32,000 nucleotides of DNA from an uncultured Opitutales bacterium (GTDB taxonomy: Bacteria > Verrucomicrobiota > Verrucomicrobiia > Opitutales > Intestinicryptomonadaceae), in the NCBI GenBank assembly GCA_934660865.1, contig CAKUIA010000019.1:1-32000 (forward strand), written 5' to 3'. The stretch's first letter is position 1. Each line of letters begins with the position of its first letter. The notes under the pieces are model-generated. The model searched no databases, was not told the DNA's origin, and saw only the letters and a list, made by a program, of their open reading frames with translations. Position numbers and translations under genes: made by a program. Below are positions 8,139 through 16,500 of the stretch, in pieces.

Positions 8139-9209
8139 TTATAAAAATTTCTCGGCTTTTGCCTGGGCTGCAAGCGCAAGCCTGGCCGCGGCAAAAGCGT
8201 GTTTTTGCGTCATCGCGTTTTCGGTTTTGTTTAGAATGTCCAAAATAAATCTGCCGAAGAAGGGGAAACCCCTTCCCCTGCAGTCGATTCTTTCAACCGA
8301 TTTGCTGTCGGATACAAACAGAATTTGCGGGGGATTTTCTGCGTCGGAATAGTCTATGTACTTTCTTATTTCGATATAGCCTTTGTCGCCCAAAACGAAT
8401 GTTCTGCCGTCGCCCCAAACGGGGAGGCCGTCGGGGGTAAACCAGTCTACCCTGCAGTAGCCCGAAGCGCCGTTTTTCATTTTCACGCACGCTTCGCCGA
8501 AATCCTGCAATTCGGGAGTTTCCGGGTTCTTAAAGTTGCACACTCTGGCATATTCAACTTCGGCCTCGTCGCAGCCCGAAAACTGCAAAAACTGCTCGAA
8601 TTGGTGGGTGCCTATGTCGCACAAAATGCCGCCGTATTTTTCCCTTTCAAAAAACCATTTCGGGCGCGCGCCTTTCGACAGCCTGTGGGGAGCCATTATA
8701 AGCACCTGCAAAACGTCGCCTATTCTGCCGCTTTTTACAAGCTCGTCGGCGGTTTCGGCAGCTTCGTTGTGTATCCTTTCGGCAAAGTAGGGCATATATT
8801 TTAGCCCCGTAATTTTTACAAGCTCTTTGGCCCTTTCCAGCTGCGAAAGCGTTGTAAATGGGGGCTTGTCTACAAAGTAGTGCTTGCCCGCCAAAAGCGT
8901 CTGCTCGCCTATTGCAAACCTGTTGAAGGGAATTGCCGCGCTAGCAACCAAAACAACGTCTTTGTCGTTTAATATTTGCTCGAAAGAGTCGGCTACCTTT
9001 ACATTCGGAAACCTCTTTAAAAACTCGGCGACTTTTTTCGGGTCGGGATCGTACACATATTTGCATTCCGCGCCCGCGTTTACAAGCCCCGCGGTTTGCG
9101 CGTATATGTGCCCGTGGTCTAAAAAGGCGCTTGCAAAAACAAATTCGCCGCGGCCTACAACCTTTTTGCCGCCGCCTTCGGGAACGTAATCGTAGCCTGT
9201 CTTTGCCAT
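8139..9209 (-). CDS. Gfo/Idh/MocA-family oxidoreductase-like protein with atypical N-terminal cofactor motif
   Basis: The 356-aa ORF has the family fold signatures (VDKPP in place of EKP, and a C-terminal alpha/beta domain). The expected GxGxxG position reads FASAFLDHGHIY. No signal peptide. Confidence 0.65.
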   Translation of the reverse strand: MAKTGYDYVPEGGGKKVVGRGEFVFASAFLDHGHIYAQTAGLVNAGAECKYVYDPDPKKVAEFLKRFPNVKVADSFEQILNDKDVVLVASAAIPFNRFAIGEQTLLAGKHYFVDKPPFTTLSQLERAKELVKITGLKYMPYFAERIHNEAAETADELVKSGRIGDVLQVLIMAPHRLSKGARPKWFFEREKYGGILCDIGTHQFEQFLQFSGCDEAEVEYARVCNFKNPETPELQDFGEACVKMKNGASGYCRVDWFTPDGLPVWGDGRTFVLGDKGYIEIRKYIDYSDAENPPQILFVSDSKSVERIDCRGRGFPFFGRFILDILNKTENAMTQKHAFAAARLALAAQAKAEKFL

Positions 9210-9213
9210 TGTT

Positions 9214-10359
9214 TTACCTAAACGATTTGCCGAAATCCATAATGCAGTCTTTTACGGTTTCGGTTCTAAGTTTCGAATTTGCGGTTTTTTCGGCAAGAAG
9301 CGCGGCGTAGGCAGCGTCGTTAAACGGGAAATTGATGTCGGAATTTGTCCAGGTAGAAAGCAGCATTGCGTTCGCCAGACATACCGATAAATAGCCCTGC
9401 GAGGGGCTATATAGCAATTCCTCTTTGCCGTTTATTGAATTTACAAAATTTCTCAATACGCCCACGTGCTGAAGCCCCTTGTCGGAAAACTCCTCCTGCG
9501 AATACTCGGTTTCGGGTGTGCCGAAAACGTATTTCGTGTTTTTTGTGTAGTCGCTTAAGGTTGTGCCCTTAAACATATATTTTTTAAGGAGCTTGCCGTC
9601 TTCGGCTACAATGTAGCCCTTGTCGCCCGAAATTTCGAAGCGGTTTGTGCCGGGGTGCTCGCCGCTGCTTGTTATGAAGGTGGCCGTCATATTTTCGGGG
9701 TATTGCATAAAGGCGCTTACTTCGTCTTCAACCTCTATGTCGTGGTATTTGCCGAACTTGCACCACGCCCTAAGCGTTTGCGGCAGGCCGAATATCCACG
9801 CAAATGCGTCTATGTTGTGTATGCCCTGGTTTATAAGCACGCCGCCCGCTTCGCCTTTAAACGTGCCGCGCCAAGTGTTGCACTTGTAGTAAACATCGGG
9901 CCGATACCAGTTTGTCATATTCCACGACACCCTGTTTATCTTGCCCAATTCGCCGTCTTTAACAAGCTGCCTTATGCGCGCATACATCGGGTTTGTGCGC
10001 TGGTTAAGCATAACGGCGGCGGTAAGCTTCTTTTCCTTTGCAAGGGCGTCTATCTTTAAAATGTCTGCCGTGCAAAGCGCCATCGGCTTTTCGACCAAAA
10101 CGTTTTTGCCCGCATCGAGAACCTTGCAGGCCAAGTCGAAGTGCGTAAAAGACGGCGTCGAAATTATAACGCTTTCAACGTCTTTGTCGGCCAAAAGGGC
10201 GTCTATGTCGGAATAGATTTTTTTGCCCCCAAGCTTCGGGTTTTCGATTTTTCTGGTATCGCAAACGGCAACCAATTCGCAGTCGGGAATCTTGCCCGAA
10301 GTAATGTTGTCGACATGCATCGAGCCTATGGGGCCCATTCCTACAAGAGCTACTTTCAT
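9214..10359 (-). CDS. Gfo/Idh/MocA-family NAD(P)-dependent oxidoreductase (cytoplasmic)
   Basis: The 381-aa ORF has a canonical N-terminus (MKVALVGMGPIGSMH), a VEKP motif and a GGVLINQGIHNID block. It ends 4 bp before the next gene. Confidence 0.8.
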   Translation of the reverse strand: MKVALVGMGPIGSMHVDNITSGKIPDCELVAVCDTRKIENPKLGGKKIYSDIDALLADKDVESVIISTPSFTHFDLACKVLDAGKNVLVEKPMALCTADILKIDALAKEKKLTAAVMLNQRTNPMYARIRQLVKDGELGKINRVSWNMTNWYRPDVYYKCNTWRGTFKGEAGGVLINQGIHNIDAFAWIFGLPQTLRAWCKFGKYHDIEVEDEVSAFMQYPENMTATFITSSGEHPGTNRFEISGDKGYIVAEDGKLLKKYMFKGTTLSDYTKNTKYVFGTPETEYSQEEFSDKGLQHVGVLRNFVNSINGKEELLYSPSQGYLSVCLANAMLLSTWTNSDINFPFNDAAYAALLAEKTANSKLRTETVKDCIMDFGKSFR

Positions 10360-10371
10360 TGTATGCGCTAG

Positions 10372-11778
10372 TTAGAAGTTAAAATAATTTTTTGCGTTGT
10401 AGTACGAAACGTTTTTGACCAAATCGCCGACCAATTCAAAGTCGTTCGGCAAAAGTCCCCTTTCCATTTCCGAACCCAAAATATTGCACAATATGCGGCG
10501 GAAATATTCGTGGCGCGGATACGACAAGAACGACCTGGAATCGGTAAGCATACCCACAAAGTTAGCCAAAAGCGAAAGCTGCGAAACCGATTCTATCTGC
10601 TTTTTAATGCCGTCGCCCTGGTCTAAAAACCACCAGCCGCTGCCGAGCTGAAGCTTGCCCCTTACGCCAGCTCCCTGGAAGTTGCCCAACATTGTGGCAA
10701 GCACTTCGTTGTCTTTCGGATGCAGGTTATACAAAATTGTTTTGCCCAGACACCCCCTGCTGTTTAGGTTGTCCAAATGCAGCGAAAGCTCTTTTGCGAA
10801 AATGCTTTCGCCTATCGAGTCGAAGCCCGTATCGGGGCCAAGCTTCTTGAACATTATTGAATTGTTGTTGCGCATTGCGCCGATGTGAAGCTGGCGAACC
10901 CAACCGGACTTACTGTCCATAACGGCACATTCCGTGAGAACTGCGCTTTTAAACTTTGCAACTTCGCAGTCGCAAAGCGGGGCGTTGTCCAATATCTTTT
11001 TAAAGATTTTGTTGAGTTCCTCGCTTGTAGCTTCGGCATACCACATTGTATCCAAGCCGTTGTCGGAAAGCCTGCAGCCGTTTTTGTCGAAATAGTCGTG
11101 CCTTTGCTGCAACGCCGAAATAAGGGCGTCGAAAGAGTCTATCTTTACGCCCGAAACCGCCGAAAGCGTTTCAAGATATTTAAAATATTGCCGGCGGTCG
11201 GCAATGGCGTGGGCTTTGTCGGGCCTAAAGGCGGGCAAAACTTTTACGCCGAACGGCTTTTGCGCAATTTCTTTGTGGTACGGCAATTCCGAAACGGGGT
11301 CGTCGGTCGTGCAAACGGTTTCTACATTGCACATTTGCATACACTTGTGGGCGTTTAGGCCGTTCTTTAAAACCTCGTTTGCCCTGTCGTAAACCTCTTT
11401 TGCCGTTTTAGGCGACAACAAAACGTCGTCTATGCCGAAAAAGCGCGCCATTTCCAAATGAGTCCAATGGTATATGGGGTTGCGCAAAAGCCTGGGCATA
11501 GTTTCGGCAAACTTTTCAAACCTTTCGTAGTCGGAAACGTTCGGGTCGGTGCAAAACTTTTCGTCTACACCGTTGCTGCGCATTGCGCGCCATTTGTAGT
11601 GGTCGCCGTAAAGCCAAACCTGGGTTACGTTGTCCCACGACTTGTTTTCGGCAACCTCCTTCGGCTCCAAATGGCAGTGGTAGTCTATAATCGGCAGGCT
11701 TTCGGCGTATTCGTGATACAGCTTTTGCGCCGCCTTTGTTTCAAGATAAAAGTCCTTATTTATAAAATTGATTGACAT
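10372..11778 (-). CDS. uxaC: Glucuronate (uronate) isomerase
   Basis: Hallmark UxaC blocks are present: PIIDYHCHL, WLYGDHYKWRAMR and TDSRSFLSYPRHEYFRR. The listed ORF begins at a TTG (11802). I prefer the ATG at 11778 (MSINFINKDF...), which matches the usual UxaC N-terminus. Confidence 0.9.
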   Translation of the reverse strand: MSINFINKDFYLETKAAQKLYHEYAESLPIIDYHCHLEPKEVAENKSWDNVTQVWLYGDHYKWRAMRSNGVDEKFCTDPNVSDYERFEKFAETMPRLLRNPIYHWTHLEMARFFGIDDVLLSPKTAKEVYDRANEVLKNGLNAHKCMQMCNVETVCTTDDPVSELPYHKEIAQKPFGVKVLPAFRPDKAHAIADRRQYFKYLETLSAVSGVKIDSFDALISALQQRHDYFDKNGCRLSDNGLDTMWYAEATSEELNKIFKKILDNAPLCDCEVAKFKSAVLTECAVMDSKSGWVRQLHIGAMRNNNSIMFKKLGPDTGFDSIGESIFAKELSLHLDNLNSRGCLGKTILYNLHPKDNEVLATMLGNFQGAGVRGKLQLGSGWWFLDQGDGIKKQIESVSQLSLLANFVGMLTDSRSFLSYPRHEYFRRILCNILGSEMERGLLPNDFELVGDLVKNVSYYNAKNYFNF

Positions 11779-11877
11779 ACCCGCATAACTAAACCTAACC
11801 AATGCGATTTTGCAAGCAAAATATGCCCCTTGTATGCCCGATTTTTGCCGAAAACGCCCTTTTGGCGCGCGTATATG

Positions 11878-13185
11878 TTATTTTTTAAATTTGTTTAAAA
11901 GGCGGCTGTTGCTTTTAAACATTTTCATAACCTTGCGCATTTTTTCGAAATCGCGTATAAGCGAATTTACCGAAGAAACTTTTGTGCCCGAGCCGTTTGC
12001 GATTCTAAGCCTTCTTTTTGCGTTTAGTATGGAGGGGTTCGAGCGCTCCTGAAGCGTCATCGAAAGGATTATCGCCTCGGTTTGCTTCATTTTCTTTTCC
12101 TCTTTTTCGCCTATCTGAATGTTGCCCATTCCCGGCAGCATTTTCATTATCGAGCCCAGCGAACCGAGCTTTTTTATCTGCCGCATTTGCGCTAAAAAGT
12201 CGTTCAAATCAAAATCGGCGCGACGCAGTTTTTCGGCCATTTGCATGGCCTCTTTTTCGTCTATGCTTTCCTGCGCTTTTTCGACAAGGCTTACAACGTC
12301 GCCCATGCCCAAAATTCTGCCCGCCATGCGGTCGGGGTAAAAGGCGTCTAGGTCGTCTATCTTTTCGCCAACGCCCGTAAATTTTATGGGAGCTTTCGAA
12401 ATTTGGCGTATAGACAATGCAGCGCCGCCCTTTGCGTCGCCGTCTAGCTTTGTCATTACAACGCCTGTAAGCGAAACTGCTTCGTTAAAGTCGCGCGCAA
12501 CGCTTACGGCCTCCTGGCCCAAAGCGGCGTCGGCAACAAGCAAAACCTCCTGAGGGTTGCAGGCGGCTTTTAGCCTTTTAATTTCGTCTATAAGCGGCTC
12601 GTCTATCTGCAGGCGCCCGGCGGTATCGAAAATTACAATGTTAAAGCCCTCGTCTATTGCCTGCTTTTTGAATTTTTCGGCAATGGATACAACGTCTTTC
12701 GAATCTCTGTCGGAATAAACCTTAATCGAGTTTTCGGCCCCCAAAGCCTCTATTTGGTCTATGGCGGCGGGCCTATATACATCGCAGGCTACAACGCAGG
12801 CTTTAGAGCCCTTTTTGTTGAAATATTTTGCAAGCTTTGCCGACGTTGTGGTTTTGCCCGAACCGTGCAAACCGACCATTAAAATGCACAGGGGTCGCAC
12901 CGGCGAAATGTCGGTTTTGTCGGAGCCCAAAAGCTCTACAAGCTCGTCGTGTATTATCTTTACAATCTGCTGGCCGGGGTTTACGCCGTTTATAACCTCT
13001 ACGCCCAAAGCCTTTTGCTTTACGCTTTCTATAAATTCCCTTGCAACCTTAAAGTGGACATCGGCCCCAAGCAAAGCCTGACGCACTTCGCCCAAAGCCT
13101 CGGCGATATTCTCTTCGCTAATCTTGCCCAGCCCCCTTATGTTTTTAAGGGCTTTGGAAAACCTCTCTGTCAAATTTTCAAACAT
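11878..13185 (-). CDS. ffh: Signal recognition particle protein Ffh
   Basis: The 435-aa ORF has N, G and M domains: [18 protein letters not shown], the P-loop [15 protein letters not shown] and a Met-rich C-terminal M domain. Confidence 0.95.
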   Translation of the reverse strand: MFENLTERFSKALKNIRGLGKISEENIAEALGEVRQALLGADVHFKVAREFIESVKQKALGVEVINGVNPGQQIVKIIHDELVELLGSDKTDISPVRPLCILMVGLHGSGKTTTSAKLAKYFNKKGSKACVVACDVYRPAAIDQIEALGAENSIKVYSDRDSKDVVSIAEKFKKQAIDEGFNIVIFDTAGRLQIDEPLIDEIKRLKAACNPQEVLLVADAALGQEAVSVARDFNEAVSLTGVVMTKLDGDAKGGAALSIRQISKAPIKFTGVGEKIDDLDAFYPDRMAGRILGMGDVVSLVEKAQESIDEKEAMQMAEKLRRADFDLNDFLAQMRQIKKLGSLGSIMKMLPGMGNIQIGEKEEKKMKQTEAIILSMTLQERSNPSILNAKRRLRIANGSGTKVSSVNSLIRDFEKMRKVMKMFKSNSRLLNKFKK

Positions 13186-13242
13186 GCTTTTATGTTTAAA
13201 AAATATTTATGCCTTATCAAACACTTTTTAGCCTGCATGCAC

Positions 13243-13279
13243 AAAAAAAACGAAAGGCGTCTTAAACCTTTCGTTTTTT
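13243..13279 (-). terminator. Intrinsic terminator downstream of GH28 paralogue 1
   Basis: The stem CGAAAGG (13251-13257) / CCTTTCG (13267-13273) is extended by A:T pairs. It is flanked by an A8 run and a T6 run, so it could work in both directions. Confidence 0.65.
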
Positions 13280-13309
13280 GCGGGTGTTTTACGCGAAAAA
13301 TAACCGCTC

Positions 13310-14815
13310 TTAATTTTTTGCGTCTTTAGCCTGCGCCTGGGCGGCCTGGGCCTGTGCAACTTCGGCCTTTTCCTTTAGCACAGCCGTTTGCTCAACCTCC
13401 AAATTGTTGAAGAAATACGGGTCTTTGCAGGTTGCGGCATTGAATGTTTTAAGCTTGCCCGCGGGTTTTTCGAATATGCAGTTGATAACCCTTAGCATGG
13501 AAACATCGTCGGCAACAACCGCATGGCGGTAGTCGGGAACGTCTTTTACCCTGATTTGCACGTTGTCGAGCGTTATGTTGTTTGCGTGGCGCAAATACAA
13601 GCCGAAAGACGGCAGCGCAAAGTTGAACATAAGACATTCGGGATATTTGTTTTCAACTTCGGGCACGGGGGTTGTGGCCATTTTTTCGGTACCCGAACCG
13701 AAAACGTTGAATATGCAGTTGCGCAAAACTATGTTCGAAAGCCCGTGGTCGGGAATCGAGGTAATGCTCGAAGTTACAACCGTTTCGCTGTTGGCTACAA
13801 TGTCGCTTATTATAACGTCTTTAATGTAGCTTTTTTGAGCGTCTTTGTTGCGGTGGCCAACCCTTATGAATATGGGAACAAAAACGTTCGACATTACCAG
13901 GTTTGAAATTGCAACCTGCTCCATATACCCGCCGTCTACGGCCTCCAAAGCAATGCCTGCCAAGCCGAGCGGATAATCGCCAACGCGGCCGTACCTGCCC
14001 GAAATCCATTTGCTGGTTTTCCATTTTCTGATATTGTCTTCGGCGGCCTTTTTAAGCACGCAGTTTGATATTGCAATGTTTTTAAAACCGCCCGCCGAAG
14101 CCGTGCCGAATTTTATGAAATTGCAGTTCGAGGAAACCACGCAGTTTGTTATCGCAACGTTTTCCACAATAAAGTTGCGGCTTTCGCTTTTAAAGCAGAT
14201 GGCGTCGTCGTCGGTATTTATAATGCAGTCGCTTATTACAACATTTTTGCTGTCTATGTCGAAACCGTCGTTGTTCCAGTTCGAGTGCGCGTAAATCTTC
14301 ATTCTGTTTACAATAATCGAATCGCACCTTTGCATTTTAAACGACCAAAACGCGGGGTTTTTAAGCGTAATGCCCTCTACCCTTATGTTTTTGGAATCCT
14401 TAAACAAAATGCCTATGGGACGCCCACCCGCGTTGTCGCCCTCGTTAAACAAAGCGCCGTTGCCGTTAATTTCGCCCATGCCCTTAATTGCAACGTCTTT
14501 TACCTTGTCGCCGAACACAAGAGCCTGTTTGTAGTTTTCCTTGCCCGCTATGCCCGAAATAACGGCGTCTCTGTCTAAATAAAGGGTTACGTTGTCGCGC
14601 AGCATTAAAGTTGCCGTTTTATATACGCCGGCGGGAACAAACACTTCGCCGCCGCCGGTTTTTGCGCACTCGTCTATTGCCGCCTGGATTTCGTTTGTGC
14701 AGACGGTTTTGCCGTCGCCTTTTGCCTTAAAGTCGCTAACAACGTTTACGGAACGCGCCCACAGCCCGCAAACCGCAAACACCGCCAACGACACAAATAG
14801 TGCAGATTTCTTCAT
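13310..14815 (-). CDS. Secreted GH28-family glycoside hydrolase (polygalacturonase-like, right-handed beta-helix), paralogue 1
   Basis: The 501-aa ORF has a signal peptide and the GH28 catalytic blocks NNDGFDI and NTDDDAICFKS. It shows a beta-helix repeat pattern and ends in an A/Q-rich tail (EVAQAQAAQAQAKDAKN). Confidence 0.85.
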   Translation of the reverse strand: MKKSALFVSLAVFAVCGLWARSVNVVSDFKAKGDGKTVCTNEIQAAIDECAKTGGGEVFVPAGVYKTATLMLRDNVTLYLDRDAVISGIAGKENYKQALVFGDKVKDVAIKGMGEINGNGALFNEGDNAGGRPIGILFKDSKNIRVEGITLKNPAFWSFKMQRCDSIIVNRMKIYAHSNWNNDGFDIDSKNVVISDCIINTDDDAICFKSESRNFIVENVAITNCVVSSNCNFIKFGTASAGGFKNIAISNCVLKKAAEDNIRKWKTSKWISGRYGRVGDYPLGLAGIALEAVDGGYMEQVAISNLVMSNVFVPIFIRVGHRNKDAQKSYIKDVIISDIVANSETVVTSSITSIPDHGLSNIVLRNCIFNVFGSGTEKMATTPVPEVENKYPECLMFNFALPSFGLYLRHANNITLDNVQIRVKDVPDYRHAVVADDVSMLRVINCIFEKPAGKLKTFNAATCKDPYFFNNLEVEQTAVLKEKAEVAQAQAAQAQAKDAKN

Positions 14816-14949
14816 ATATACCTTCTTTTGTTGTTAATCTAAAATTTGTTTATAAATTCACAAAAAAGCTAACCTATAAGCATAGACAAGTAAACAAAAA
14901 AATCGGCAAAAAATACGCCCGTTGCAGGCAATATAACTTTTGCAAAACA

Positions 14950-14977
14950 AAAGCCCCGTCCAAAACGGCGGGGCTTT
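14950..14977 (-). terminator. Intrinsic terminator downstream of GH28 paralogue 2
   Basis: A 9-bp stem pairs AAAGCCCCG (14950-14958) with CGGGGCTTT (14969-14977). On the minus strand a T-rich tail follows (TTTTGTTTTGCA). Confidence 0.65.
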
Positions 14978-14999
14978 GCGTTTACGCGTTTTGTTTTGC

Positions 15000-16496
15000 C
15001 TATTTTTTTGCGGCCACTTTTTGCGGGAACTGCTCGCAGTTTTCTATTTTGTAGTTTTGGCAGCCCACAAGGTTTATGGTTGCAAGCTTGCCCTCGGGCT
15101 TTTCGAACACGCAGTTTAAAAGGCGCAGCCTATTTGTGTCGTCGGCAAAAAGCGCGTGCCTAAAGTCGGGCTTGCCCCTTACTGCAAACTGCACATTGTT
15201 AAGCGTAATATTGTCGGCATGGCGTATGTACATGCCGTAGGCCGGCATTGCCATGCCGAACATTTCGCTTGCGGGATACCCGTTTATCTTTTCGGGAACT
15301 TTTTGAAAGGCCTTTTCTACGGGGGCAGACCCGTACATATTAAAGAAGCAGTCGCTAATCGAAACGTTCGACAGTTCGTGGTCGGGAACGCTTGCAATTA
15401 TGCAGGGAACGGGGCTTACGCTGTTTGCTATTACATTGCTTATTGTTATATTCCTTATCGCGCTTTTGCGCGCGTCGGTGTTGCGGTGTCCAACCCTTAT
15501 AAGAATGGGGGTTTTTACGTCGGTCATAACAATGTTCGAAATTGCAACGCCGTCCATTACGGCGCCGTCTACGGCTTCCAAAGCAATGCCGTCTATGCCC
15601 AGGCGCTTTGCGCCAAGCTCGCCTATGCGTTTTTGGTAGCGCGCATATTTTTTGGGGTTTACCGCCCACTGCCTCAGGTTGTCTTCGCTTGCGCCCTTCA
15701 TAACGATATTCGAAATTGCAATGTTTCTAAAGCCCTTTACAGACCCCGTGCCAAACTTTATAAAGTTGCAGTTCGAAGCCAATATGCAGTTTGTTACCGT
15801 TATGTTTTCAATCATAAAATCTTCGTCTTCGCTTTTAAAGCAAAGGGCGTCGTCGTCGGTATCCACAATGCAGTTGCTTATTACAACGTTTTTGCTTTCT
15901 ATGTCGAAGCCGTCGTTGTTGAAATTTACGTGCGAATAGATTTTAATGCCGTCCACTTTTACCGTGTCGCAGCTTTGCATTCTAAACGACCAAAACGCCG
16001 AGCTTTTAAGCGTAATGCCAGAAACTTTCATATTCTTAGAATCGCGCATAAACAGGGCTATTGGGCGGCCCTCGGTGTTGTCCTTTTCCAGGAAGCTAAG
16101 GCCGTTGCCGTTAATTTCGCCCATGCCTTCAATCGAAACGTTTTCGACCTTGTCGCACATAATAAGGGCTTTGTAGAACTTTTGCGAGGCAAGCACGCCG
16201 TGGCCTACAACGGGATAGTTGTCGCGGCCCTCCACGCCCAGGATAACGCTGTTGCGCTCGAGGTGCAGCGTTACATTGCTTTTAAGATATATTGTAGACG
16301 TTTTAAACACGCCCTCGGGAACGATAACCTTGCCGCCGCCGCTTTTTGCACATTCGTCTATCGCGCTTTGCAGCGCCTTTGTGCAAAGGGTTTTGCCGTC
16401 GGGCACGGCGTTAAAGTCGCCAACAACGTTTACGGTGCGGGCCCACAGCGAAAACGCGGCCGCCAGTATGGATAGTGTAAGTGTAAGTTTTTTCAT
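15000..16496 (-). CDS. Secreted GH28-family glycoside hydrolase, paralogue 2
   Basis: The 498-aa ORF has a signal peptide and the blocks NNDGFDI and DTDDDALCFKS. It is collinear with paralogue 1 over its full length, roughly half to 60% identical by eye. Confidence 0.85.
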   Translation of the reverse strand: MKKLTLTLSILAAAFSLWARTVNVVGDFNAVPDGKTLCTKALQSAIDECAKSGGGKVIVPEGVFKTSTIYLKSNVTLHLERNSVILGVEGRDNYPVVGHGVLASQKFYKALIMCDKVENVSIEGMGEINGNGLSFLEKDNTEGRPIALFMRDSKNMKVSGITLKSSAFWSFRMQSCDTVKVDGIKIYSHVNFNNDGFDIESKNVVISNCIVDTDDDALCFKSEDEDFMIENITVTNCILASNCNFIKFGTGSVKGFRNIAISNIVMKGASEDNLRQWAVNPKKYARYQKRIGELGAKRLGIDGIALEAVDGAVMDGVAISNIVMTDVKTPILIRVGHRNTDARKSAIRNITISNVIANSVSPVPCIIASVPDHELSNVSISDCFFNMYGSAPVEKAFQKVPEKINGYPASEMFGMAMPAYGMYIRHADNITLNNVQFAVRGKPDFRHALFADDTNRLRLLNCVFEKPEGKLATINLVGCQNYKIENCEQFPQKVAAKK

Positions 16497-16500
16497 ATTC

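Noticed and set aside
15156-16475. A 439-aa ORF on the plus strand, antisense to GH28 paralogue 2. It is the longest unexplained ORF in the track.
   Set aside because: It is in the codon-aligned antisense frame: both frames start at coordinates divisible by 3. Stops in that frame can only arise from sense TTA, CTA or TCA codons, which this gene happens to lack. The translation is a V/A/N/Y/F/R-rich mirror of the beta-helix sequence, with no motif or signal of its own. It is a shadow ORF.
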